A DNA stretch of 63,608 nt, filler included, from Octopus bimaculoides (taxonomy: Eukaryota), in the NCBI RefSeq assembly GCF_001194135.2. It is 5 parts of 5 records of this genome, joined end to end, with 100 filler letters (N's around TTAATTAATTAA, not from the genome) between each part and the next. Parts side by side here need not be neighbours in the genome. Positions count along the whole stretch, not along the records: positions 1 to 30,200 come from NC_069000.1; 4 more parts are not named here. One strand, 5' to 3'. Shown piece after piece: positions 1 to 11,980 of the stretch. Position 1 is the stretch's first letter, and the number at the start of each line of letters is the position of its first letter. The position numbers and the translations under genes were made by a program. The notes below the pieces were generated by a model, which was given only the letters and a program-made list of their open reading frames with translations, was not told the origin of the DNA and searched no databases.

Positions 1-24
1 TATATATATATATATATATGGTGG

Positions 25-950
25 TTATCTACTCCTTATGCAGAGTTTGAATGCCTCCTGTACCTTAGCACTATCATCATGGCATCTGATGTGGCTTTTT
101 AAACAAAACATTGTTCTGAAAAGACACTCACATGGAGTGCATATCCAATTTGGACCACCAAGACCTGCAGATATGTTCTGATCTTTGAGGATCTTAAAAA
201 TTCTTTTGAGGCCTTCGTTATATTTGCAAACCTGGAATACACTGCATTCAAAGGTGTGCATAGACATATAAGCAGAATAGTTGGTGGAGCTTCGTTTTCC
301 ATGGGTTCGCAGATGAGATTTGAACCCAGCAAAAGACAAACTGTGCACGCAAAATGGTCAGTCAGTCACCTTCTCGATCGTTACATTCTTCCCTAGATCT
401 CTTTTAAGTCTTACATGCCTCTTCAAATGCTTACACTCCACTCCACACTTTTGTTCGCGGTCCAACTCGATCCGAAGCAATGGTTACTATGTCTTATATA
501 TATATGTACAAAGGCTATGATTTTCATGTAAATTATACTAGACCGTAATAAGCATTGCAATTACTAAATCCACATTGAAATGTTTTTATATCCGCGGAGT
601 TTAGTACATTTCGCAGTATTTGCATTATCTGATTTAGACCCAATATTTGTTAGGTTTCTGAGAGTCTTCTTTGTCACTATAGCTCACTTTATGTTTTTCT
701 GTAGCTCTGTAAACTGAGATTTGTTTCCCCGAATGATACTTACATCTATTCTTTCTTGAAATATTCATCAGACTTGTGCAAACACATAAATTAAGTCCAT
801 TATAATTGCATCACACAGACTAGTCTTCTTTCTCATAAAACATTAGGTAAACTGATTAAAGTGGTACTGATATCTATGAAGTACCGTACAACAGCTGTAC
901 AAACTATTCTCTTAGATATTATAAATATGCCAACGCAACCTTATTTAAAT
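25..950 (-). mobile_element. Degenerate 3' part of an RTE-clade non-LTR retrotransposon ORF with C-terminal C2H2-like zinc fingers
   Basis: Minus-strand translation gives DIVTIASDRVGPRTKVWSGV*AFEE (~420-500), resembling the RTE C-terminal W..LA.DR..WR..V..GV..FE motif. It is followed by finger-like motifs ..FAGFKSHLRTH and WICTPCECLFRTMFCLKSHIRCH. Multiple stops and frameshifts. Confidence 0.65.
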
Positions 951-959
951 ACTGTTGAC

Positions 960-1382
960 AGGCGTGGCAGTGTGTAAGCAGATTACTTCCCTACCTCATG
1001 GTTCCGGGTTTTGTCTCACTGCGTGACACCTTGGACAAGTGTCTTCTACTATAGCCTTGGGCCGACCAATTCCTTGTAGGTGAATGTGGTGAACAGAAAC
1101 TGAAAAAAGCCCGTGGTAAATGTATGTGTGTGTGCGTGCGTATATGTATGTATGTATGTATATGTGTGTATGTTTTTGTGTCTGTCTCCCCATCAGTGCT
1201 TGACAACTGGTGTTGTTGTGTTTACGTCCCCGTAAGATGGCGTTTCGGCAAAAGGCATCGAGAGAAAAAATACTAGGCTTGAAAAATTAAGTCCGGTTTC
1301 GATTTATTCGACTGAAACTCTTCAAGCAGTGCTCCAGCATGGCCGTAGTCAAATGACTAAAACAAGTAAAAGAATAAAAGAA
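960..1382 (+). mobile_element. tRNA-derived SINE, family B (head-CCTTGGGCAAG box-TG microsatellite-tail ending GACTGAAACAAGTAAAAGA)
   Basis: Colinear with copies at 41006, 41667, 53374 and 60227: ggttccgggtt..cactgcgtgacaccttggacaagtgtcttctactatagcc ... gctccagcatggccgtagtcaaatgactaaaacaagtaaaagaataaaag. Confidence 0.8.
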
Positions 1383-2068
1383 TATCTAGAACTGTTCACA
1401 CGCCATCATGTTCACTCTCTGGAACGACGAGGACTGCTTAAACATCGTTAAATATTACTGATGATTGTGCGATAACTTTGTTTACTGTGAAGAAGTATTG
1501 CGCACCGCCATCCTTAATCTGTCCTCCGTAACAGTCATTAATCCAATGGTCAAACCATGTCAAAATGATTGGGATATGGAGGTGAATGCTGTGGATGACT
1601 AAGATGTTTGATTTGCTTGACTCATCTTACTTTTTGCACTCCAGAATGCATTGCTGCAGCCATATTTTCCTCCCTTGAACGAGGAAGGTTTCTTCTGCGG
1701 TGTCCTCCGCATCCAGTCTTCACATGCACAGATAAGCAAGCTCTCATACGCTAATGAAACCATAGCTGGAATCCTGTGCGTCAGAGTATATCGGGGAACA
1801 ATTGGGATTAGTAGATAGAACTTCCGAATCAGGATCCCACTGCAGATTAAAGTCATACCCTACACTCAAGCATTCACGAACCCCTCGTAAACAGGACATC
1901 TAAATTCAAGTTTACTGTCATATTTCTAATGTTAATAAAATAAGCACTCATCAAGTTCTAGGAAAGCTGTCCTTTGCATTTTTGATCGTGTGTCCGAAAA
2001 TAGATTTAATTGCCAGAGAAATATAAAATTCAACCGTTTTATAACACATATGTATATGTTAATGCATC

Positions 2069-2069
2069 T

Positions 2070-2150
<81 letters not shown>
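2069..2150. repeat. (GATA)n microsatellite
   Basis: Perfect tetranucleotide run seen directly. Confidence 0.97.
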
Positions 2151-2313
2151 AAGTATATCTCTCCGTCCGTCGTTAAAAGTGAGTGCAAGATCTCAGAAGT
2201 GAATAACATGTTGAATCAAACAGTTCTATATTTAAGAGATGAGGAACTATGTACATTATTTACATTATTTACATTCGGCGGATATTTGTCCTCATCTTGT
2301 TTGCTGTTAACAC

Positions 2314-2698
2314 TTCGCAAATATCTTCTTCGAGTAAAACCACCGATAGAAGAGAATATGACCAAAGACTGCTGGACTCCATCACATGCAGCTGTGGTAG
2401 GTTATACAAAGGCGAAACATGGCGCCCCCTCAAAAGAAGGGTAGACGAACATCGCAAAGCTGTGACACGAGGAGATATTGATAAATCGGGTGTAGCTGAT
2501 CATGTATGGAAAAATGGAGACCACCTCCCCCTGTGGGATGAAGTTAAAATAATAGACAGAGAACACCACTGGAAAATGCGAAAACTAAAAGAATCAGCAG
2601 ATATGCTAGGACACAACTTCCTAAGCAGACCGAGTGCAGATATGAACAGCATATGGGAACCGGTATTAAGGAAGGATAGAAGAATATTAGATTTATAA
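2314..2698 (+). pseudogene. PLE GIY-YIG endonuclease C-terminal domain (frameshifted remnant)
   Basis: LRKYLLRVKPPIEENMTKDC, a frameshift near 2371, then SITCSCGRLYKGETWRPLKRRVDEHRKAV..KSGVADHVW..WDEVKIIDREHHWKMRKLKESADM. This matches the PLE-type C.C...YIGET.R.L..R..EH...S..A.H...W....I+..E......R...E pattern. Confidence 0.88.
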
Positions 2699-2788
2699 GC
2701 CCTAAAGTTAACTCCATAATTGCCCACGTTAGGAGCGTGTGCTACTAACCCCAAGATTCCGAGTTCGATTCCAAGCAGTGACCTGAAC

Positions 2789-2865
<77 letters not shown>

Positions 2866-2917
2866 CAACATCGAATAATACCTTAGGAATGAGAACCTAG
2901 GTTCGAAATTTCCCCAA

Positions 2918-2963
2918 GACACATGAAGAAGGCTGGAGGGTACATCTGCCGAAATGTTGTGTT
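2918..2963 (+). ncRNA. Degenerate minimal type I hammerhead ribozyme in the PLE pLTR
   Basis: GACAC-aTGAAGA-a-GGC..GCC-GAAA-tg-TT-GTGTT. Stem I GACAC/GTGTT and stem II GGC/GCC are present. C3 is changed to A and GAAACG to GAAATG, so it is probably inactive. Confidence 0.65.
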
Positions 2964-5455
2964 GACAAGATGAGGACAAATATCCGTCGAATGTAAATAA
3001 TGTAAATAATGTAAATATGTTGAATCAAAATTTATCAGTAGCTTTGCCATATATCTCTCCACGAGAACCTAAAGTCTCTTTCTTACAATTACAATAGAAC
3101 TGAAAATGCCTTACGCAGGGAGTGTACTTGATCTTGCAGAAATATTTTCAGATGTGTGCATAAGGCTGTGAGTCCTGATAACTTTTGATAAAGTTAATGA
3201 AACCGAATTAAGAGTGTTACTAGTCTTTACTCTATCGATCTCAGAGAATAAACATACACGTTTCGGTTTATATTTTGGGTTATAGATTATGATAGATTCA
3301 CTTATTATAGCTACTATTTTTATTATCAGCTGTGTCTTTCAAATTCATGTTCTTGTGTTTGCGTAGTTTTATGGTCTTCTTTCAGCTGTAGTTGGGAATG
3401 CGACAACAAGAATTTTCTTTCCAGTCCATTATTATTATATCTGGACCATTTGCATTAGTACCTTTGTTAGTTTATTTGGGTTTGTTCCAGTTCATTTTGA
3501 TACGATATGTTCTAGTATTATCACGTTCATGTTTTGGCATACTGACCAATGAACATAGCCGCCCACTCAATCTTTCTTGTGTATTTCCTCAGAGAAAATA
3601 ATTCGCATAGTGCATGTAAATAATAATAAAAATGTGGCACTGGTGAATGACAGAGAAAAATACGAAAGAGGGGAACACACACACAATGGCCCCGTAGATG
3701 CTCAGGCACTCATCAGTTATTAACCAAATATCATCACATTGTCGACACGTACGATCATTCGTAAGTTACTCGAACTAGACAAAACTGGGCAGTTGGATAT
3801 GATGTACATATCTACACTTCGTATCTAAATCTGCTCTCTTTGTAGTTTTTGCTATGGCGTGGCATTAGTCTACTGCAGCTAGAATAATATTTCTGGTTCT
3901 AATTTTAGCCCAAAGAACTGGAGTCTTGATTTACACTTCGTCAAGCTTTGCGGGAGGTTGGCCAGAGAGTGGTTTTCTCTCCATCTTTTATATTTTGTCT
4001 TTTGTTTAATGTAAATTCTCCTGCAGTTGTTTCCTACATTAGCGTAAACAAAAGAACAGAATGGAGATGCATGATTCAAAGAAGGACGAACAGTTGCAGA
4101 GAGATTGAAGAGAGATTGGGGGGAAAAGATCACAGCATGTGTATGATTTAATGGTTGCAGTGAGTTTGGTGTGTTATGTGTTTAGCAATGGTGTTAAATG
4201 GTTTGTCTTTCTATTTTGTCTTGATGTTGTAGTATAAATTTTGTATGCGTGTGCATATACCAGACAGCCGTAATGTTCAAGAAATGTGAGCAGATGTAAA
4301 TGTTATTCAGACCCAAATGAGCCTTCATCATGTAGGCCTAAGATCGAACCAATCTCCACGTAATTACCATGTGCTTATTCATATTTAGCGCATATTAAAC
4401 TACATTATCTAACGTTTTCTGCATATTTCAATAAAGGATGCTAAGATTTGAGAAAAGGTTGGGTGCTATAGTTAATACTTCGATGAACTGCGTAAAGACT
4501 TCGTCTTCAACTAATGTAAGTGGTTTTCTTAAGTTGGACGCAAATGCTTCATGTTGTGAAACAGTAACGAAAAGATAAACCAAGTGTCGATACAGGTGTG
4601 CACAAATGTCGTCGTAGGAGTTGCAGAGTGACGTTGAAGGCAAATTCAGACTGACTTGGGCTTTCTACCTCTTATGTGTAATAGAGAATATGTAACCCAG
4701 TATTGAGTTAACAACGTTACTTAAACGTACATTCATTCAATAATACATATACACACATAGAAAAAAAAATAGCTGCATCGAACGTAGAATGAGATGGGCT
4801 GCGCCACGGTTATAATACTTCTGCGGCATTGCCCCTGCGACTCCAGCAAGAACAAGGGTCTCCATCTATCCATCACTTACGTACATGCTACTATCACGTA
4901 TACTATAAATTCATTAGCCGGAATTGTGTAAACGGCAAGATTGTCAAAATTGTAATTTATGCTTACATAGTAGTGCTGATCTCACAATTCTTATGATACG
5001 CCTTAGTTTCCGATTTAGAAACCGCCTCGCCTTTATATACAGAGCATTAAAGGAATTATAAATAGAATGATACACGCTATATATATAGATATATATATAC
5101 GTACATACATACATCCAATAACATACTAACATACTTGTATACATAGGCACTCACCGCCGTACACACACATGCACAAGCACACACACACACGCATACATAT
5201 ACACTTATGCTTACATGAATGTAATTCTATAGCCGATCGTTTGTGTGTGCCTGAGATGATAGGCTTGTATTCCAGTTGTTCAGTACATTGCATATTTATA
5301 CATTATAGTTATGCTGAAAAATTTACCTGCATGTAAGGCATCTCTTAGACTATGGTATTATAGTATTATAAAGGTATAATTTCTATGCAGTATATAGTGA
5401 TTTAGTGCGCTGGATATATCGATATGTCGCATTGCAATTCGGCACATCATCTCGG

Positions 5456-5456
<1 letters not shown>

Positions 5457-5544
<88 letters not shown>

Positions 5545-5555
5545 TGTGTGTGTGT
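5457..5555. repeat. (TG)n microsatellite
   Basis: Direct observation. Confidence 0.97.
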
Positions 5556-5769
5556 GTACATGCGTGCATGCGCGTGTGTATGCGTATATGTATCTACATA
5601 TGCATGCGCGTGTATGTATTCGACCCATGTAAACTACACATGACGCATTCTTGCAACTGAGGCATTTAGCTACTGAAGGTGCTCAACAACTAATTAGAAA
5701 TCAGATGGGGCTACGGCCAATGTCATTGTGAATTAGGAATGACTATCAAATATACCTAACAGAGAGGGC

Positions 5770-5772
<3 letters not shown>

Positions 5773-5850
<78 letters not shown>
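5773..5850. repeat. (AG)n microsatellite
   Basis: Direct observation. Confidence 0.97.
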
Positions 5851-5856
<6 letters not shown>

Positions 5857-6979
5857 TGAGAGAATGATTGAGAGAAAGAGTGGGAGAGATAAATATACGT
5901 ATATGAGTGTGTTTGTGTGTGTGTGTGAAAATGAATCAATAAATTGTTATCAATAGTAAAACAGCCACAACTTACATTCAAATATATCGATCAGCTGCTA
6001 ACAGACTCCAGTGAAGAATATCTTTACTGTACAAGGAACTGTTGGAGTCGACGTTGGTGTTGGTGGCTACGATTGTAACAGTATCGGTGCTCGTAATGAC
6101 GTTTGTGGTAGTGGATGTGGTTTTAACCATGTATGATATTGGTGTGGGTGACGGTAGTGACTTAGTGGTCGTTGTTTTAATAGTAGTTGTGAGTGAATCG
6201 GGATTTTGTTTTAATCATTATCGTTGTTGTTATTTGTGATAGTAGTGGTGGTGGTGGTGGTGGTGGTGGTGGTGGTGATGGTGGTGGTGGTGGTGGGGTG
6301 TTGGTGGTTGTTTTAGTTCAGTTTATCGCCAGTGTTGCTGTTGACATTACTGGGGCGGATCATTACTTTTGTTGCTGCTGATAGAAGCAGTGTCGGCGTT
6401 CATGGAAGAAATTTAAGAAAACAGTCTATTTATAGAACTACACTGTATAAAATATAAGCTGTTCCTTTTAACACGGTTGTATTATTGAATACTAGGTTGT
6501 TTGCTTGAGTTAAAAGTATGTATGCTAATACGCTTGAGCTATGGCCTGTATGCTAAGACGTTTTAATATATTTGTTAATACATTTCAAGGCTTCCATAAA
6601 ACTACTTCCAGTGCTTAATTCGTTGTTGCAAGTACGTCATATTCTGCAGTTATTTCATTGTACACACCCGTTCCCCTTGACAGGCATGGATGCATCACCA
6701 ACACCCACCTCCTCACGCTACTGTAGTACCATCCAATCAGTATCTTTGTAATACGTCTAAAAACACTACTACAATACCATTTTATGGACACTAGCCGAAT
6801 ACTAATACCACATCATCTTAAGAGCACCTCTGCAATACCCACAAAACACTACGACAAGCAATATTGTAGAAACCTCTGTGTCAAACCTGAACACATTCAC
6901 TATCCTCAGGATATCCGCAGAGCACTTCATAATAGTATTCTACGAATACATTTGTTGTTTTTTGTTGTTGTTGTTTTTT

Positions 6980-7362
6980 TGTTGGCACTCCGTCGCTTAC
7001 GACGTCGAGGGTTCCAGTTGATCCGATCAACGGAACAGCCTGCTCCTGAAATTAACGTGCAAGTGCACGAGCATTCCACAGACACGTGTACCCTTAACGT
7101 AGTTCTCGGGGATATTCAGCGTGACACAGAGTGTGACAAGGCTGACCCTTTGAATTACAGGCACAACAGAAACAGGAAGTAAGAGTGAGAGAAGGTTGTG
7201 GTGAAAGAGTACAGCAGGGTTCGCCACCATCCCCTGTCGGAGCCTCGTGAAGCTTTTAGGTGTTTTTGCTCAATAAACACTCACAACACCCGGTCTGGGA
7301 ATCGAAGCCGCGATCCTATGACCGCGAGTCAGCTGCTCTAACCACTGGGCCATTGCGCCTCC
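6980..7362 (-). mobile_element. tRNA-derived SINE, family C (head GGAGGCGCAATGGCCCAGTGGTTAG; tail ending GACGGAGTGCCAACAA)
   Basis: Full-length match to 49415-49895 and 50948-51320. A-box TGGCCCAGTGG and B-box-like GCTTCGATTCC on the minus strand. Confidence 0.88.
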
Positions 7363-7609
7363 ACAATACATTTGTAATGCCCACTGAACTCTACTACGGC
7401 AGAATTCTTACGAAGTACATCTGTTATACTTCAGAATGCTACTAAAGCATCAGCTTGGAGTTTGGCTCACCACATCTCTTTCACATTACGCTTCACCTTT
7501 CTCCATTTAAAAAAGAAAGCTGGAAGATCATATCTCATAATGTACTCGTCCATATCCAACAAGTCGAGTTCCATCACGTGACTTCTAGACAAGCGTTGAT
7601 TTGAGATTA

Positions 7610-7638
7610 AACCACCACCACCACCACCACTGCCACCA

Positions 7639-7688
<50 letters not shown>

Positions 7689-7814
7689 ATGCTGCTACTA
7701 CCACTATTACTACTACTACTACTACTACTACTACTAATGCTACTGCTACCACTACTACTACTACTACACCACCGCCGCCACCACACTACTACTACTAATA
7801 CACCACCACCACCA

Positions 7815-7850
<36 letters not shown>
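7610..7850. repeat. Compound (ACC)n/(ACT)n trinucleotide repeat
   Basis: Direct observation. Confidence 0.95.
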
Positions 7851-7853
<3 letters not shown>

Positions 7854-8199
7854 GACAATTAATACTAATGCTGCTGGTACTGCTGCTACAATATTATTCG
7901 TGTATAGTAGTTCTCAAACGTATAAGTACCAGTAACCCCGCCATACACAGAGAAATACGTACAAAATAGTGAAATTTGTATGGTTTCTCCTTCTTTAGCA
8001 ACGAAAAGACGAAATGCAGTTTGCATACATGTCACTTGCTCTTTCATCACTGTGGTGATGGGCAAGTTCGGAATATTTCAGATTATCGTAATCTTATCAA
8101 ACCTGGCGACTGGTCCTCTCCCAAACCTTTTCAATCCTCACATTACTCCCATAAGAGCACTGCATTAGAACACTGCTTCAAGACCACAAACCAGTAACG

Positions 8200-8350
8200 G
8201 TGTGTCCAATGATCACTCGACCTATCAGAAATAGTAACCAAATCTAACTCAAATTATATATTATCTTACTAGATATAAGATAAAAGAACAGTGTGCAGTC
8301 CTTAATGCATAAAAAAGGTGTGATGGCCATCACAAAAATGACCTTCATTA
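8200..8350 (+). mobile_element. Degenerate dispersed repeat, family D (GACCTNNTAGAAATAGCAGCCAAATC core)
   Basis: The same core recurs at ~23245 (+), ~24860-24960 (-) and ~52040 (+). Confidence 0.5.
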
Positions 8351-9777
8351 TAGGTTTGTTTAATTAGTTTGGTCTAAGTTTGGGCTAACGGTGGGCTAAA
8401 TAGTAACTGCAACCATTTAGTATTGATACCAAGCCTCCAACCTATGTCCAGTCACAACAAAAATACAGTTGGCCTTATAAGAATTTATAAACTTCAATAA
8501 CAACGTGTGATTATTAGTTTCAAATTTTGGCACAAGGCCTACAATGTCAGATGAGTAGGTAGTCCAGTTTGGATTTGAACGTAAAGACGGACGAAATTCC
8601 GCCAGGCCTTTTACCAGGCACGTGCGCGCGTATGTGTAAACATTGGATCTGTGGATTGGACGTGATTGTTTTCTAATTAACATACGCATGATCAATCAGG
8701 GTTGTATAACATCTAATTTTCTAACCTAATGTATTTATTCTTGCATTCACGACTTCCATTCCAGACCTGATGCCAGATAATTTTAGCTGTGAATAACATT
8801 AGGGGAATCTTTTGAAAGTTAAATTGAAAATCTGTAATCGTTGGTCGTTTGCTTCGATGGCTGGTCAATTGGCTGATTGGTGGGTTGCAAATATCTTAGT
8901 CAAATCCGATCAAGCAGTGCTATGATTAAAAAAATATTGTTGCCGAGCCTATATCTTTATCTTTATTAATGAAGATATAAAGTTTATATGAATACAGTGG
9001 CCATTTTGTCTACATTCCTGAGAGCAGGGTTGGGTTTGAGAGAAATTGAACGTCTGTAAAATCTTGCTAATCGAAGAATCAGAGTTTCCGTCACATACAC
9101 GATGTTGATAATAGACGTATCATTGTGAAAACATAAGAAATCGTTTTAATATAATCGATAACGAGTAGTTTTATCATTATTGGTTGTAGTATTTAATTTT
9201 CGATCAAATTTGGGCAGAGTAATGAAATCGAGATTAGTGATAAGAGCAATGCTTTTCACAACAACAACAGTAACAGCAATAACATTTGATAAGAGCAACA
9301 ACAAAAATAATAAATGATATCACAAAATAATAAAAATAATAAAATAAACGTGCTACGTAAAAATAATGCCATAGAGCGTTTCGAAATGTCCAGGAAACAC
9401 AGAGGTTTGCAATATTTGTTTTAAAATAAACAAACAATGAAATGAAAGAACGGACGAGCGATTGAACAAGCTTGTGAAAATTAAAATCAACGCATCATTT
9501 GTGGAATGTAAGCAAAGCAACGTAACATGTGGTGGTATTGGAGGTAAAACTAAAACAAACAAGAACAAAAAAAAACATCAAACAATCCATTGAGTTCTTT
9601 GATCAAATTCCCAACAGAAGCTCTGAGTTTGTTCATCCTTCCTTAATAATCAATATCAGTTCAGCTATTGTATGTAAGTGTGTATGCTTGTGTATATGTG
9701 TCTATATGTGAATATGTGCCACTGAGCGCGCACGTGCGTGTGTGAATGTCACTGTGTGCTTGCGTGAGTGTGTGTGT

Positions 9778-9813
<36 letters not shown>

Positions 9814-10043
9814 TCTTTCATTTCATGCGTGTTGTTTTTGTTTTTAGGCATTTGTTTTTGTCTATTTCTTATCTGGCCTTGCACATCTTCCTCTTAGATC
9901 TTTCAATTTCCCAATATCATTGAAATCAAACAGATAGCAATCGTGCTGGCATTGTTGTTGCTTTACTTCGGTTAACATCGCCAAGGATATCATATAGCCG
10001 CACAAATTTGTATTGCACCCACGTAAAAGTTTGAACTCTCCAA

Positions 10044-10053
10044 ATAATAATAA

Positions 10054-10100
<47 letters not shown>

Positions 10101-10103
10101 ATG

Positions 10104-10164
<61 letters not shown>

Positions 10165-10259
10165 CGACGACGACGATGATGATGATGATGATGACGATGA
10201 CGATGACGACAACGATGATGATGATAATGACGATGACGATGATGATGATGATGGTGATG

Positions 10260-10315
<56 letters not shown>

Positions 10316-10340
10316 AATAATAATAATAATAATAATAAAG
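10044..10340. repeat. Compound (AAT)/(AGT)/(GAT)/(GAC) trinucleotide repeat
   Basis: Direct observation; it generates the poly-H/D/N/Y ORF-track hits. Confidence 0.95.
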
Positions 10341-11646
10341 GGAGGAGAGAGAGATAATAGATTTCTTAAAGAACGTTCTACAAATATGTATCAACTGGAA
10401 ATAATCGTTCACTTTCTGCCCTACAGATACGTTCTGTAAACACTTATTTCCACGTTCTATCATTGATTTGAATTCAAATTAAATTTAAGTTCAAAAATTA
10501 TAATTCATTTAAAGGTAATTGTATTTCTTTCAACATTATGCGATTGGAGCGGCTGGCTTTATTAGTTTAGGGTGATTGACATATTTCACTTGTGATATCT
10601 CATATTCCGGCAAAGAGAAAAGATAACACATCTTTTGAACAACAAAGCACCGTTAACTATATAGTTATCAATAATTCTCCTCTTAGATAGCTTTCTACGG
10701 AGTCAATTGTGCGAAACTCCGTCAGAACAGACTTTCTGCTAGACTAAAATCCTAGGAGAGACGAAAAATATATTAAGTTGCTGTAAACTTCACTTAGAAA
10801 ATCCGTCATTGTCATTCTTTCGAATCAATGCTTGATTTGTCCACCGTCAATGCAACATTAAATCACGATTCTATCCTAGATTCCCTTCTGTTCTCAGTGT
10901 TTCTCACAATACCTTTTCACCGCAAGTTCTATAAGATAGCTCTTCGCTGCTTATTGCAAATGACCTGTGACTGTTGCTTGCGTGTTGTTTGCAACAGCAA
11001 ACGTTTTGCAACATAAAATTGATATTGCTTCAAATAGCTTAAGTCTTAAAAGATGATTAGGAAATACAAACCAACGGGTCTTGTGGAGTAAAAGAAGGCA
11101 GTCAAATACTGAGCTACATTTTCAGCACTGCAATTGATATATGAAAATGCAACTTGAAATTTTGTATGTCACCATTGACAAACTGGTATCGATAGGGCAT
11201 ATTTTGACAATATGTAAATACATCAACGCAGAGAATTACATCACCAAGATACACTGTGATCAAATCAGATATAAGTAATAAATCAGGGACAAGGCATCAA
11301 GTACAAGTATGGATATCTAATTAACATGCTTGCTCCGCAACCTCGTGTGTCAGCGTCCGATTCCTTTGTCTGGCACCTTATGCAAATCTGTTCTTGCAAT
11401 AGTTAACTGAAGAACTGTGAACGGAATTCGACAGATGGAAACTGCTATATACATACAATCATATATACATATGTATTCTATATGTGACTGTGGATTTTCA
11501 TGGATGAGTTCATGAACTTTGGTTCTTTTCTCTAAATTATATATTTTTATATCATATACTGTGAAACTTCATTTAATTTTAATTTTTGATAAATTGAATT
11601 TAATTGAGTTTTTACCTAGAAACTTGCATTTTTATCCCTAATATTA

Positions 11647-11683
<37 letters not shown>

Positions 11684-11934
11684 GTATGTATGAATGTATG
11701 TGTGTGTATGTATATATGTGTGTATATATATATGCATACATGTANNNNNNNNNNNNNNNNNNNNNNNNNNNNNNNNNNNNNNNNNNNNNNNNNNNNNNNN
11801 NNNNNNNNNNNNNNNNNNNNNNNNNNNNNNNNNNNNNNNNNNNNNNNNNNNNNNNNNNNNNNNNNNNNNNNNNNNNNNNNNNNNNNNNNNNNTATATACA
11901 CATATATATACATATATATATATATGTTTGTGTG

Positions 11935-11980
<46 letters not shown>

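Larger units (their letters stand above)
2221..3016 (+). mobile_element. 5'-truncated Penelope-like element (PLE) with inverted terminal pLTR segment and 13-bp target-site duplication
   Basis: ATGTTGAATCAAA flanks the element on both sides (2208-2220 and 3017-3029). 2250-2313 is the reverse complement of 2959-3016. The interior holds a GIY-YIG remnant, an (AAT)n tract and an HHR-like motif. Confidence 0.88.

Noticed and set aside
1500-1900. Minus-strand GYDFNL...WFDH string resembling a LINE APE endonuclease (GDFN...SDH)
   Set aside because: Similarity is limited to two short motifs with stops in between; too weak without an HMM search.
2708-2783. Functional tRNA gene call here or for any SINE head
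   Set aside because: The acceptor and D stems are degenerate and there is no adjacent poly-T terminator; these are tRNA-derived repeat modules.
7995-8170. Possible + strand exon (MGKFGIFQIIVILSNL, reminiscent of MFS/SLC22 N-termini) after a good acceptor
   Set aside because: The motif is short, there is no convincing donor, and no companion exons were found.
11400-11455. CTGAAGA...stem...GGAAACTGCTA hammerhead-like string
   Set aside because: Stem I cannot form, and the sequence resembles the internal GACGGAAACTG segment of family B SINEs.
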